Shown here: piece by piece, positions 1-9,904 of the stretch
Layout of the letters: each line of letters begins with the position of its first letter
Position numbering within the stretch: position 1 is the stretch's first letter
From: Alphaproteobacteria bacterium
Lineage (GTDB): Bacteria; Pseudomonadota; Alphaproteobacteria; UBA828
Direction: 5' to 3'
Length of the DNA: 64,000 nt
Assembly: GCA_965214705.1 (NCBI GenBank)
Contig: CBDCCI010000002.1
Location: 2,368,001 to 2,432,000, forward strand
Program-made: the position numbers and the translations under genes
The notes under the pieces: model-generated
What the model saw: only the letters and a program-made list of their open reading frames with translations
Told to the model about the DNA's origin: nothing
The model's database searches: none

Positions 1-1
1 C

Positions 2-106
2 CCCACGGTGATCGCGCGGCTGCGCGAGGCCTTCCCCGACCTCCCCGACGACCCCGGCCCGCGCGAGGTCTTCCTCAAGCTCCGCGAGCTCCGCAACAGC
101 TGGTAA
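2..106 (+). CDS. 3' end of a gene entering the window, possibly hydroxyacylglutathione hydrolase (glyoxalase II-like) C-terminus
   Basis: Open frame PTVIARLREAFPDLPDDPGPREVFLKLRELRNSW* ends at TAA 104-106 and resembles GloB C-terminal helices; only 34 codons are visible. Confidence 0.4.
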   Translation, partial: PTVIARLREAFPDLPDDPGPREVFLKLRELRNSW

Positions 107-138
107 GAGCGCGCCGCCAACAGCGTCGGCCGTACCGC

Positions 139-489
139 ATGACCGACGGCCTGAAGGAGCGGCATCGCAAGGCCGTGATCGACATCATCGCGGCCAACGC
201 CAGGGTGGAGCGGGCCGTGCTGTTCGGCTCGCGCGCGACGGGGACCTTCCGCCCGGCCTCGGACGTGGACCTCGCGCTGTTCGGTGACCGCCTGTCCATG
301 AGCGATCAGGTGACCCTCACCGCCGCCATCGACGATCTGACGATCCCGCAGCGCGTCCATCTGCTCCTCTATGGAATGATCGACAGCACCGCCCTGCGCA
401 ATCAAATCGAGACGCAAGGCGTGGAGTGGTACAGGCGGCGAGACGCGGACGCAGGGGACCGGCCCGGCCGCAACGACGGAGCGGACTGA
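139..489 (+). CDS. Minimal nucleotidyltransferase (MNT, Pol-beta-like) protein
   Basis: LFGSRATGTFRPASDVDLA matches the GS-x10-DxD motif; 116 aa. Confidence 0.8.
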   Translation: MTDGLKERHRKAVIDIIAANARVERAVLFGSRATGTFRPASDVDLALFGDRLSMSDQVTLTAAIDDLTIPQRVHLLLYGMIDSTALRNQIETQGVEWYRRRDADAGDRPGRNDGAD

Positions 490-511
490 CCCCGCCGAGG
501 CGTGCCTCGCA

Positions 512-1501
512 TCACGCGAACAGCGCCTGGGCCATGAACTCCTTCGCGTCGATGTTGGTGCCGCAGACGATGACCGCGGTGCGCTTGTCCCGTAGGCGCC
601 CGGCGAGCGGACCGAGCAGCGCGGCCGTTGCCGCCGCGCCTGCCGGCTCCACGGCGAGCTTCATCTCGGCGAAGAGCAGCCCCATGGCGCGGCGCATGGC
701 CTCGTCGTCGATCGTCACCAGCTCGTCCACATAGCGCCGGCAGAGCCCGAACGAATAGGGGGCGGCATGGGGCGCGCCGAGGCTGTCAGCGATGGTGGTC
801 ACCTTGTCGATGGCCTGCGGCGAGCCTGCGGCGAAGCTGCGGTGCATGGTGTCCGCGCCCTCCGGCTCGACGCCATAGACGCGGCACTGCGGCTGCAGGG
901 TCTTGATGGCGCAGGAGACTCCGGCGCAGAGCCCGCCGCCGCCGATAGGCACGATCACCGCATCCAGCGCCGGCACCTGCCGCGCGAGCTCCAGTCCCAC
1001 CGTCGCAGTGCCGAGCGCGATAGTCCGCCCCTCGAAGGGATGGATGAACGTGCGCCCCTCGTCCGCCTCGATGGCGCGCACGGCCTCGAATGCCACGTGC
1101 ACGTCCGGCACCAGCACGAGCTCAGCGCCGTAGCGCCGCACCTGGGCGACGCGGAAGGGATCGGCGCCTTCCATCATTACCACCTTGGCCGAGGTGCCGA
1201 CGCGGTGCGCGGCGAAGGCCACCGCGATGGCGTGGTTGCCGGCGCTGACCGCCGTCACGCCGCGCTTCCGCCCCGCCTCATCGAGAGCCAATGCGTTGAG
1301 CAGCGCGCCCCGCGCCTTGAAGGTGCCGGTGCGCTGGAACAGCTCGAGCTTGAGGAAGACTGCGCTCTCCGGCCCGAGCCCGTCCGAGACCGGTGCCGCC
1401 CGCCAGCGGTGCACCGGGGTCTCCTCGATCAGATCGCCGAGGGTGAGCCGCGCCGCCTCGATCGCCGCGAGGTCCGGAGGAGCCTCGCTCTCTGGCGCCA
1501 C
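512..1501 (-). CDS. PLP-dependent threonine/serine dehydratase family protein
   Basis: FLKLELFQRTGTFKARGA (PLP Lys), SAGNHA, PIGGGGL, VEPAGA motifs; GTG start at 1501 is inferred. Confidence 0.85.
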   Translation of the reverse strand: MAPESEAPPDLAAIEAARLTLGDLIEETPVHRWRAAPVSDGLGPESAVFLKLELFQRTGTFKARGALLNALALDEAGRKRGVTAVSAGNHAIAVAFAAHRVGTSAKVVMMEGADPFRVAQVRRYGAELVLVPDVHVAFEAVRAIEADEGRTFIHPFEGRTIALGTATVGLELARQVPALDAVIVPIGGGGLCAGVSCAIKTLQPQCRVYGVEPEGADTMHRSFAAGSPQAIDKVTTIADSLGAPHAAPYSFGLCRRYVDELVTIDDEAMRRAMGLLFAEMKLAVEPAGAAATAALLGPLAGRLRDKRTAVIVCGTNIDAKEFMAQALFA

Positions 1502-1505
1502 CGGC

Positions 1506-2297
1506 CTAACGGCCCCGGAAGCGCGGCACACGCTTCTCGACGAACGCCTGCACCGCCTCGCGGTGATCGCCGGTGGAGCCGAGCACGCCGTAGGTGGCCG
1601 ACGCGCGGTCCAACCCGGCGCGAAGATCGCCGCCGATGCCGTCTCGCACCAGCCGCTTGATGGCGCGGATGGCCAAAGTCGGACCGTCCGCCAGTTGGCG
1701 CGCGAGTTCCATGGTCTGGGGCATCAGCGCGTCGTCGGCGCAGACCCGGTTGACCAGGCCGATGCGCTCCGCCTCCGCCGCGTCGATGGCCTCGCCCGTC
1801 CACAGCAGCTCAAGCGCCTTCGCCTGCCCCACCAGGCGCGGCAGCCAATGCGCACCGCCGGCGCCGGGCGCGAGCCCGACCTTGACGTAGGTCTCCGCAA
1901 ACTTGGCCGAGGCCGCGGCGAAGCGCAGGTCCATCGCCAGTGCAAGGTCGAGGCCGGCGCCGATGGCCGCGCCGTTGATCGCCGCGATCACCGGCTTGTC
2001 CATGTCGGCGAGGGTGAGCGGAATGCGATGCACATGCTCGCCGATCGTCGCCCGTTGCTCGGCCGGTGCCTGCTCCAGGCCCTCCCCCATCAGCTCCTTG
2101 ATGTCGCCGCCGCTGCAGAAGGCCTTGCCCGCCCCGGTCACCACCACCACGTTCACGTCCTCGCGGTCGCGACAGTCCGCGAGCGCTGCCGCCCAGGCAT
2201 CGATCATGGAGCGGGTGAAGGCGTTGCGCCGCTCGGGCCGGTTGAGCGTGATCGTCGCGATGCGCTCCGCGACCTCCAGGCGGATCTCGTCGCTCAC
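1506..2297 (-). CDS. Enoyl-CoA hydratase/isomerase family protein
   Basis: ITLNRPERRNA, AFCSGGD, KPVIAAINGAAIGAG crotonase motifs; GTG start overlaps the upstream stop. Confidence 0.88.
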   Translation of the reverse strand: MSDEIRLEVAERIATITLNRPERRNAFTRSMIDAWAAALADCRDREDVNVVVVTGAGKAFCSGGDIKELMGEGLEQAPAEQRATIGEHVHRIPLTLADMDKPVIAAINGAAIGAGLDLALAMDLRFAAASAKFAETYVKVGLAPGAGGAHWLPRLVGQAKALELLWTGEAIDAAEAERIGLVNRVCADDALMPQTMELARQLADGPTLAIRAIKRLVRDGIGGDLRAGLDRASATYGVLGSTGDHREAVQAFVEKRVPRFRGR

Positions 2298-3367
2298 GGG
2301 CGCTCTCCCTCTTCTACTACCGCGCTGCCGGAGGCGGCTCTTGATACCGCGCTGCCAGAGGCAGCGACCATCGCCGGCCATAGCGCCGCACCGCCGCCTT
2401 GCGCGGCGTGCGCACCGAGCCCCTGCCACCAATAGGCCTCGTTGCCGCACTCGTCGCGCCAGGCCCAGAGCCGCTTGGTCCAGTGGTGCAGGTCGTGCTC
2501 GGCGGTATAGCCGATGGCGCCATGCACCTGATGGGCGAGACGGGCGACCGTGCCCGCCGCCTGGCTCGCCCGCGCCTTGGCCGCAGCGAAGCCGAAGGTG
2601 TTCGACGCCTGCGCCGCCGCATCGACCGCAGCCCCGGTGGCCGCCGCCTCCCCGGCAATTTCGGCCAAGTAGTGCTGGATCGCCTGGAAGCGCTTGAGTG
2701 GCCGGCCGAACTGCACGCGATCACTCGCATACTGCAAGCTCATGGCGAGCACCTGCTCCATCGCGCCCCGCAGCTGGGCGGCGCGGGCGAGCGCCATGAG
2801 GGCGAAGCCGTCCACGTCCGGCGGCAGGGGAAGGAGGCGGTCCGGTCGGCCGGAGACGGCCACATCGTCGCGCGGCTCGCCGGCTAGGTTCGCACCCTCG
2901 ATCACGTTGCTGGGCGTGACGAAAGCCAGGCCATGGCCCGGCGCGCCCACCGCAAGCACAGTGGCGATTCGGGCCCACGGCACCCGCGGCAAAGTGGCAG
3001 CGACGATATCGTCCTGCACCTCCGGCTGCGGGGCCAGCGCGCCGGCCGGCGGCGCATAGAGGGTGAGCGGGCCATCAGGCGCCTCGGCCCCGGCGCGGTG
3101 GCAAAGCAGGGTTCCGATCATCGTCTCCGCGACCGGGATCGGCGCGGCATGGCGCCCTGCCGCGCGCAGCACCGCAAGCCCCGCCGCCAGACCCGCACCG
3201 CCCGCTTCCTCCGGCAATGCCGCGTGCGCCAGCCCGGTCTCGGCGAAGATCTGCCAAATCCGCTGCGGCCAGCTATTCTGGGCGAGCACCTCGCGCGCAG
3301 CCTCGCTCTCTGCCGCGAACAGGTCGTCAGCGATTTGCTCGACCAAGCGTGCCGTCTCGTCGCTCAT
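2294..3367 (-). CDS. Acyl-CoA dehydrogenase family protein (short, probable partner subunit)
   Basis: RVQFGRPLKRFQAIQH, QVHGAIGYTAEHDL motifs; ATG at 3367 (MSDETARL). Confidence 0.82.
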   Translation of the reverse strand: MSDETARLVEQIADDLFAAESEAAREVLAQNSWPQRIWQIFAETGLAHAALPEEAGGAGLAAGLAVLRAAGRHAAPIPVAETMIGTLLCHRAGAEAPDGPLTLYAPPAGALAPQPEVQDDIVAATLPRVPWARIATVLAVGAPGHGLAFVTPSNVIEGANLAGEPRDDVAVSGRPDRLLPLPPDVDGFALMALARAAQLRGAMEQVLAMSLQYASDRVQFGRPLKRFQAIQHYLAEIAGEAAATGAAVDAAAQASNTFGFAAAKARASQAAGTVARLAHQVHGAIGYTAEHDLHHWTKRLWAWRDECGNEAYWWQGLGAHAAQGGGAALWPAMVAASGSAVSRAASGSAVVEEGERP

Positions 3368-3374
3368 CGCACCT

Positions 3375-4532
3375 TCACCTGACCCCGAGGCCACGAGCGA
3401 TGATCGAGCGCAGGATCTCGTTGGTGCCGCCACGCAGGGTAAACGAGGGCAGCCCCAGCACCGTCGCACCCAGCGCGGCCTCGAGCGACGGCGCGTTGGC
3501 GCTTCCCCCCGCGACCGGCTCGACTGGCACGGCGCGGCGCAGAGTCTCGACGACCTCGGCCTCGAAGCGCGTGCCCATGTCCTTGACGATGGCGGCCTCG
3601 ACGTCCGGTAGCTCCCCCTTCTCCAGTTGGCCGGCGACCGCGAATGACATGGCCCGCAGCGCGTAGAACTCCGCCGCGAGGCGCCCGATCGCCTCGGCGA
3701 GCCGCGGCTCGGGCTCGGGGCCCGCCTCCTCGACCAGCGCGGCGAAGAGATGGAAGGTGCTGAGAATGCGCTCGGGCCCGCTCCGCTCCAGCGCAAGCTC
3801 GCCCGTCACCTGGCGCCAGCCGTCGCCCTCCTGGCCGATCAGCCGGTCGGCGGGAATCACCACGTCCTCGAAGACGCACTCGTTGAAGTCGTGCTTGCCG
3901 GCCAAGTTGACGATCGGGCTGACCTTCACGCCATCGGCTTCGAGGTCGATCAGGAACTGGCTGAGGCCCTCGTGGCGGCTCTCGCCGGCAGGTCCCGTGC
4001 GGCAGAGCGCGATCATGTACTGCGAGCGGTGCGCGTTGCTGGTCCACACCTTGGTGCCATTGATGCGCCAGCCGTCCGCCGTCCGTTCAGCGCGGGTGCG
4101 CACCGAGGCGAGGTCGGAGCCGGAATCGGGCTCGCTCATGCCGATGGCGAAGTAGCACTCGCCAGCGGCAATCCGGGGGAGGATCGTCTGGCGCTGTTCC
4201 TCGGTGCCGAAGCGCAGCAGCAGCGGGCCGCTCTGCCTGTCCGCCACCCAATGGGCGTAGACGGGCGCGCCGGCTGCCAGCAGCTCCTCGATCACGACGT
4301 AGCGCTCCAGCGCCGAGCGCTCGTGCCCGCCATAGCGCCGGGGCCAGCACATGCCGATCCAGCCCCGCGCACCGAGGGCACGGCTGAAGGTGGCCGACCA
4401 GTCCGAGCCGAAGTCGGAATCGGGCCGCCAGCCCTCGGTGGCTTGCGAGTCCGCGAGGAACGCCCGCACTTCGGCGCGCAACGCGTCCGTGCCCGGCGGC
4501 ATCGCCGGCGGCGGGAAGTCGAAGCCGGTCAC
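3375..4532 (-). CDS. Acyl-CoA dehydrogenase family protein
   Basis: IGMSEPDSGSDLAS, INGTKVWTS, LRGGTNEILR motifs. Confidence 0.9.
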   Translation of the reverse strand: MTGFDFPPPAMPPGTDALRAEVRAFLADSQATEGWRPDSDFGSDWSATFSRALGARGWIGMCWPRRYGGHERSALERYVVIEELLAAGAPVYAHWVADRQSGPLLLRFGTEEQRQTILPRIAAGECYFAIGMSEPDSGSDLASVRTRAERTADGWRINGTKVWTSNAHRSQYMIALCRTGPAGESRHEGLSQFLIDLEADGVKVSPIVNLAGKHDFNECVFEDVVIPADRLIGQEGDGWRQVTGELALERSGPERILSTFHLFAALVEEAGPEPEPRLAEAIGRLAAEFYALRAMSFAVAGQLEKGELPDVEAAIVKDMGTRFEAEVVETLRRAVPVEPVAGGSANAPSLEAALGATVLGLPSFTLRGGTNEILRSIIARGLGVR

Positions 4533-4866
4533 GGCGCGCCGCGGCCTCCGGCGCGGGGCCGGGCCTCCGGCCTGCGGCGGGCCCAGTGGGATAGTGCGAA
4601 CTTAAAATTCATGCGGGACGCGCCGGGATTAGGCGGGATAAGTGTGATGGGATGGGATTCCACGGCGACCGGCCACGCGCGCGGGATCGTACCGAGCGAG
4701 CCCGCTCATCATGCCGCCGCCGGTAGTGGTCCTATAGCGCGCGCAAGTCATGGCGCATTCGTGACGCAGCCGGCGCGCACCGTGCACCGCACCATGGTGC
4801 GGGTCGCTCGCGCCCGAAGGGTCTCGCGCACATTAGCGGGATGCATTCGAACAAGGACGCGCGCGA

Positions 4867-5919
4867 TCAGCGGCCGAAGGTCTCGGCGTAGCGCGCGAGC
4901 TTGGCCCGCCAGGCCGCATTATCGAGAATCTCGCGGTTGACGACCGCCGCAGGCGCCTCGCCTCGCATCAAGGCCTTACAGGCGACGATGTCATCGGCGC
5001 CAAGCCCGGCGAAGCACTGGTCTGTCCAGGCCAACGCGTGCGGCGCGAACACCACGTTGTCGAGCTTGAGGATGGGATCGTTCGGGTCCGGCGGCTCCGG
5101 GTCGAGCACGTCGAGGCCGGCGCCGGCGATCCGCCCTTCCTGCAACGCCGCGGTCAACGCCTTCTGGTCCACCGTGCCGCCGCGCGAGGTATTCACGAAA
5201 TAGGCCGTGGGCTTCATCAGGCCGATCAGGCGCTCATCGACGATGTGGTGGGTCTCATCGCTGAGCGGGCAGTTCACGGTCAGGATGTCCGACTCGCGAC
5301 AAACCGTGTCGAGATCGACCATCTGCACGCCAAGCTCTTCGGCCACCGCCGGCTCGGCGTAGGGGTCGCAGGCCATGAAGTTCATGTCGAAAGGCTTGGC
5401 CATGCGGAACATCTCGGCTCCGATGTTGCCGATGCCGACCGAGCCGAGCGTCTTGCCGACGAGACCCACCCCCATGTGGGCGCCCTTGCGGGCGAAGCCC
5501 GGCGGGCCCTCGATGGTCAGCTGGTGCTTGAGCAGGAGCTTGCAGGTGACCGCGAGGATCAGCGCGATGATGGCGACCGCCACCGGCCGGCGCACGCCGT
5601 TGGGCGTGATGACCAGCGCGATGTCGTTGTCGGTGCAGGCGGGCACGTCCACGCTGTCGTAGCCGACGCCGAAGCGCGCGACCATGGCGAGCCGGCCGTC
5701 GCTCGGCACGCTGGAGCGGTCGAAGCGCTGGGCCAGCAGGATCAGCGCGTCGTGACCGGCGAGCTCGGACGCGTCCACCGGCCCCTCGCCGTTCTCCAGA
5801 TAGCGCCACTCGATGTCGGGGTCGTCGTCCAGCGGCGTGCGGTCGAACATGGGGAAGAGCGGCTCGCCCTCCGCCGTGAGAAAATCCCTGCTCAGTGCAA
5901 CCCTAAACTTTTCAGCCAT
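4867..5919 (-). CDS. D-isomer-specific 2-hydroxyacid dehydrogenase
   Basis: RFGVGYDSVD, VGIGNIG Rossmann motif, VNTSRGG, GAGLDV, APH; ATG at 5919 (MAEKFRVA). Confidence 0.88.
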   Translation of the reverse strand: MAEKFRVALSRDFLTAEGEPLFPMFDRTPLDDDPDIEWRYLENGEGPVDASELAGHDALILLAQRFDRSSVPSDGRLAMVARFGVGYDSVDVPACTDNDIALVITPNGVRRPVAVAIIALILAVTCKLLLKHQLTIEGPPGFARKGAHMGVGLVGKTLGSVGIGNIGAEMFRMAKPFDMNFMACDPYAEPAVAEELGVQMVDLDTVCRESDILTVNCPLSDETHHIVDERLIGLMKPTAYFVNTSRGGTVDQKALTAALQEGRIAGAGLDVLDPEPPDPNDPILKLDNVVFAPHALAWTDQCFAGLGADDIVACKALMRGEAPAAVVNREILDNAAWRAKLARYAETFGR

Positions 5920-5935
5920 AACCCGTTGATCCCCC

Positions 5936-6736
5936 TTATCTCTTCGGCCGCCGCCGGCCGCGCTTGCATTGGGCGCGTAGACCCTCCGCGCCCTCGCGCA
6001 TCGCCTGCTGCAGCAGCCAGACATCGCCCGAATAGCAGATGAAGTCGAAGCCTTCGTTGAATAGCGCCACGCCGACATCGACGTTGGGCACCAGCCGGCC
6101 CAGGGACTTGTTGTTCCTCTTCGCCGCCTGCACCACACGCGCCACCGCCGCGATGAAGTCGGGGTGGTCGAACTGGCCCGCGATGCCCATGGAAACCGAG
6201 AGGTCGAAGTGGCCGATCCAGAGCACGTCAACGTCCTCGATCGCCGCGATGTCGTCGACGTTCTCGATGCCCTCTGCGGTCTCAATCAGGGCGACGAAGG
6301 TGCAGCGCCGGTTGGCGTCGCGCAGCTTCTTCTTCGTGTCCCCCGGCGCGTAGCGGTCGTGGGCGATCTGCAGTGCGACGCCGCGCTCTCCTTCGGGCGC
6401 ATACTTGACGTAGCTCAGCAGCTCCCGCGCCACCTTCGCCGAGCCCACCATCGGCAGCATGATGCCCTCGGCCCCCATGTCCATGGCGCGCGCCGCGTGG
6501 TGGTACTCGCGCGACGGCACGCGCACGATCGCCGGCATGTCGCCTGCCTGCATGTAGCGCAGCATCTGCTTCAGCGTGTCGAAGCCGAAGCCCGAATGCT
6601 CCATGTCGAGCAGCACGTACTCGCAGCCGGCGGCCTTCAGGATCTGGCCGATTCCCGGCGTGCTGAACTCGACCACGAAGGTGCCGACCTTGAGCCGGCC
6701 GTGGCGGGACATCTCCTTGAGGGCGTGTTCTGCCAT
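5936..6736 (-). CDS. HpcH/HpaI aldolase family protein
   Basis: LLDMEHS, ALIETAEG, WIGHFDLS motifs. Confidence 0.88.
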   Translation of the reverse strand: MAEHALKEMSRHGRLKVGTFVVEFSTPGIGQILKAAGCEYVLLDMEHSGFGFDTLKQMLRYMQAGDMPAIVRVPSREYHHAARAMDMGAEGIMLPMVGSAKVARELLSYVKYAPEGERGVALQIAHDRYAPGDTKKKLRDANRRCTFVALIETAEGIENVDDIAAIEDVDVLWIGHFDLSVSMGIAGQFDHPDFIAAVARVVQAAKRNNKSLGRLVPNVDVGVALFNEGFDFICYSGDVWLLQQAMREGAEGLRAQCKRGRRRPKR

Positions 6737-6774
6737 GTCCTTCCCTTTTTCGATCCGTCGAAATGCTCTGTCGG

Positions 6775-8754
6775 CTATGCGCCGATCTGGATGCGCGAGA
6801 CGGCAAACGGCGCCAATTCGACGCGGCCGGGGTCGCCCGGCTGGCCTGGGCTTGCAGCGAAGCCCGCCGGATCGGTCACCGCGTCCACGAAGTTGCTCGC
6901 ATCGAGCCGGCCGATGGTGGCCGTGCCGCCCGTGAGGCCCGAGACCGTCACCGTCTGAAGCGCCGGCGTGAGATTGGCGAGCCAGAGCAGGGTGCCGCCC
7001 CCGTGCTCGTAGGCAAGGCCCAGCAGGCGCGTCGCATCGCTGCTGGTCACCGTGCGGACCGCCGCCCCCTTCGCCTCCGCGAGCGCCGCCACGATGTGAT
7101 AGAGCGGCATCACCGCAGGCCCGTCGAGGTCGTCGAACCAGGGCTGCGGGTGCTCGGTCCTGCGATAGACCATGCCGAGCGCGCCGGAGGGCTGGCCAAG
7201 CGCCAGCGCCTCCAGGCCAAGCGGCGCCACCCGCGCAGCATAGCCGAGGCTGAAGGCCGCGCCGAGCAGGGCGCGGTGGCGCGGGTCCTGGCGATTGAAG
7301 GAGTAGCGCCCGTTGTCGCTGTTCTGGTGGACGTCCGGCCCGTAGGGGTTGAAGCGCATGCCGATGGCACTCGGCGCGATGCGGTAGGGCTTGCCGCCGG
7401 CGAGCGCCTTGGCCGAGGCGACGATATCCGGCAGCGTCTGCAGCGTCTCGATCACCGAGAGGTCGTCCGGCTCGTGCACCACGGCGCAGGTGGCATGGGT
7501 CAGGAAGTCGAACAGATCGGGCGTCGCGCAGTTGCGGTTGAGCTCGGTGAAGTTGGTGAAGACCCCGCCGCCCAGGCGCACGCCGGGGAACGCCGCGCGC
7601 GCCGCACCGTAGACCTCGTCGAAGTCGGGAATGCCGAGAGCCGGGATCTTCTCAAGGGTAAACTTCAGGAGCCGCGCCTGCTCCGGCACGATGGCGTCGG
7701 GCTTGAGCCCGGCACGACCCGCGATCTCGGCAGCCTGTGCCAGCTCGTCGGCCACCGGCCGCTCACAGGGCACCGTGATCTCCAGCACGACCTCGGCATC
7801 GAGGGCCTCGGCCAGTCCCCTGCCGGCGGCCAGCGCGTCTGTCGCGTGAGGGTCACGCGGGTCGCACTCGCAGACGATGTGCCCCGGCCCGAGCGCCTTG
7901 ATCAGGTCGAGCCCGTGGTCGAGATGATCGCGCTCTCGGTTGGCCACGCCGAGCCCGATCTCCGGCATGTGCGTCCCGGTCGCACCGCCGACGGCGATCT
8001 CGATCGCCCCGTCTCCGCCAGCCCCCGTCGCCACCGCCGCCGAGCCCCCCTCGATGCTGAGCGTCGCGACCTGCCGCAGCGTTTCGCCCGCCGCCAGGGT
8101 GTAGGGGAAGGGCAGCGCGAGCGGGCGGTAATAGGTCTTGTAGGAGGCGTCGGTCCAGTTGCGCTGATCCTCGGTCTCCCACGGGTCGGCGCCTTCGAAG
8201 CGGCAGGTGAGCCAGACCCCTGGCGAGACCCGGTGGCGCATGGCGGCAATGTCGTAGAAGGGCTGAAACGGGCTGATCAGGCCGGGGAAGGCAGTCTCCT
8301 CCACCGTGCCGTCGCTGTGGGTGATGGTGCAGGCCTCGCCCGCTACGCCCTCGACCGGATGCAGCACCACGAAGCCCGTGCGGCTGGTCTGGAACTCGGT
8401 CTCGGGCTCGAACTCGACCGTGAAAACCAGGCTCCGCTCGTTCTCCGCCGCGATATCGGCGCGGTAGGTGAGCACGCCATAGGGAGAGTCGATACGCCCG
8501 TCGTAGCTCACGCGAAAGCCGCCGTCTTCTTCTTCGACCTTAAGGTTGGCGATCTGCGGCGCATAGGTCTCCCAGCCGCCGCCGCGCACGACGAAGGCGA
8601 GGCCGCGCAGCGCCTCCACACCGCCGTGGCGAATCCAGCGCAGCTTGCCAGCCTCGAGCGTGGCCGTGAGCGCGCCGGCGGTGATGGTCCGCGCTTCCGG
8701 CGCCTCCTGCTCGGTGCCGTAGAGCGTGAGCGCCTCGCTCGGTGCCGTCGTCAT
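6775..8754 (-). CDS. D-apionate lactonase (ApnL)-like protein
   Basis: 659 aa; LYGT..AGALTATLEAG.LR N-terminus and EDQRNWTDASYKTY motif recall the ApnL family (recognised from memory). Confidence 0.65.
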   Translation of the reverse strand: MTTAPSEALTLYGTEQEAPEARTITAGALTATLEAGKLRWIRHGGVEALRGLAFVVRGGGWETYAPQIANLKVEEEDGGFRVSYDGRIDSPYGVLTYRADIAAENERSLVFTVEFEPETEFQTSRTGFVVLHPVEGVAGEACTITHSDGTVEETAFPGLISPFQPFYDIAAMRHRVSPGVWLTCRFEGADPWETEDQRNWTDASYKTYYRPLALPFPYTLAAGETLRQVATLSIEGGSAAVATGAGGDGAIEIAVGGATGTHMPEIGLGVANRERDHLDHGLDLIKALGPGHIVCECDPRDPHATDALAAGRGLAEALDAEVVLEITVPCERPVADELAQAAEIAGRAGLKPDAIVPEQARLLKFTLEKIPALGIPDFDEVYGAARAAFPGVRLGGGVFTNFTELNRNCATPDLFDFLTHATCAVVHEPDDLSVIETLQTLPDIVASAKALAGGKPYRIAPSAIGMRFNPYGPDVHQNSDNGRYSFNRQDPRHRALLGAAFSLGYAARVAPLGLEALALGQPSGALGMVYRRTEHPQPWFDDLDGPAVMPLYHIVAALAEAKGAAVRTVTSSDATRLLGLAYEHGGGTLLWLANLTPALQTVTVSGLTGGTATIGRLDASNFVDAVTDPAGFAASPGQPGDPGRVELAPFAVSRIQIGA

Positions 8755-8817
8755 GTCCCCTTCCTCGCCCCGGTCCGGGCCGTTATAGCAGCGCGCGCAG
8801 CCCGCAACACCCGGTGC

Positions 8818-9828
8818 TCAGGCGCCGACCTCCTCCCACCGGCCGCTCTCGCCCGAGCGCGCGAGCGCATCCAGCGCCCGCATCATCTTGACCGACTCCT
8901 CCAGGGGAAACGCCGGCGGCGCTTCGCCCCGCACCGCCGCGCAGAAGGCCTCCGCCTGCGGCACGTACTGGTTGACCCGTTCCAGGGTCTCGACCTCCTC
9001 GTTGAGCGGCTCCCAGATCTGGCGGGGCCCAAGGATCGAGATGCTGGCCTCGCGGGTCGGCGACTGGGCGAAGGGGTCGGGCAGCTCGATCCGCCCCTCG
9101 GTGCCGTGGATCGCCATGTGCTGATGGACCGCCGACAGGGTGCCGCAGGTAAAGCTCAGGATGCCGCTCGGAAACTCCAGCGTCGCGCTGGCCAGCACGT
9201 CCGTCCCCCATTCCGGGTGCCGCTCGATGGCGGCGAAGGCGCGGATCGGATCGGCCTCGAACACGTAGCGCGCGGTCAACAGCGGATAGACGCCGATGTC
9301 GAGCAGTCCGCCGCCCCCCATCTCCCGCTTGTTGCGGATGTTCTCGGGGTCGTCCAGCCAGTAGCTGACCCAGCCCTGAATCGCCCGCACGGGTCCGATG
9401 CGGCCCGCGCGCACCAGCTCCCGCACCCGCTTCCATTGCGGGTGATGGGTGACGACGTAGGCCTCCTGAATCTGCACGCCGGTCTCGTCGCGGACGGCGA
9501 TGAGCTGCGTCGCCTCGGCCGCGTCGAGCGCGATGGGCTTCTCGCAGAGCACGTGCTTGCCGGCCCGCGCCGCCTTGGCGGTCCAGGGCACGTGGAGGTG
9601 ATTGGGCAGCGGGTTGAAGACCACGTGGATGGCGGGATCGGCCAACATGGACTCGTAATCGCCATACGCCTGCGCCAGGCCGAAGCGCTCGGCCACCGCC
9701 TCTGCCTTGACCAGCTCGCGGCTCGCAATGCCGTGGACGCGGAGGCCGGCAGACTGCTGCAGCGCCGGAATCATGTGCTCGACGGCGAAGAACGAAGCGC
9801 CGAGCACGCCCCAGGAAAGTTCCGTCAT
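8818..9828 (-). CDS. Gfo/Idh/MocA family oxidoreductase
   Basis: PLPNHLH, GKHVLCEKP, GGGLLDIGVY motifs. Confidence 0.9.
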   Translation of the reverse strand: MTELSWGVLGASFFAVEHMIPALQQSAGLRVHGIASRELVKAEAVAERFGLAQAYGDYESMLADPAIHVVFNPLPNHLHVPWTAKAARAGKHVLCEKPIALDAAEATQLIAVRDETGVQIQEAYVVTHHPQWKRVRELVRAGRIGPVRAIQGWVSYWLDDPENIRNKREMGGGGLLDIGVYPLLTARYVFEADPIRAFAAIERHPEWGTDVLASATLEFPSGILSFTCGTLSAVHQHMAIHGTEGRIELPDPFAQSPTREASISILGPRQIWEPLNEEVETLERVNQYVPQAEAFCAAVRGEAPPAFPLEESVKMMRALDALARSGESGRWEEVGA

Positions 9829-9904
9829 CTCCCTACTCCCCGCCCCGGCAGAGCGCCGCCATCCTGCGGGAAGCCCCCCGCCCGCTCAAGGGACGGGAAG
9901 CGGC

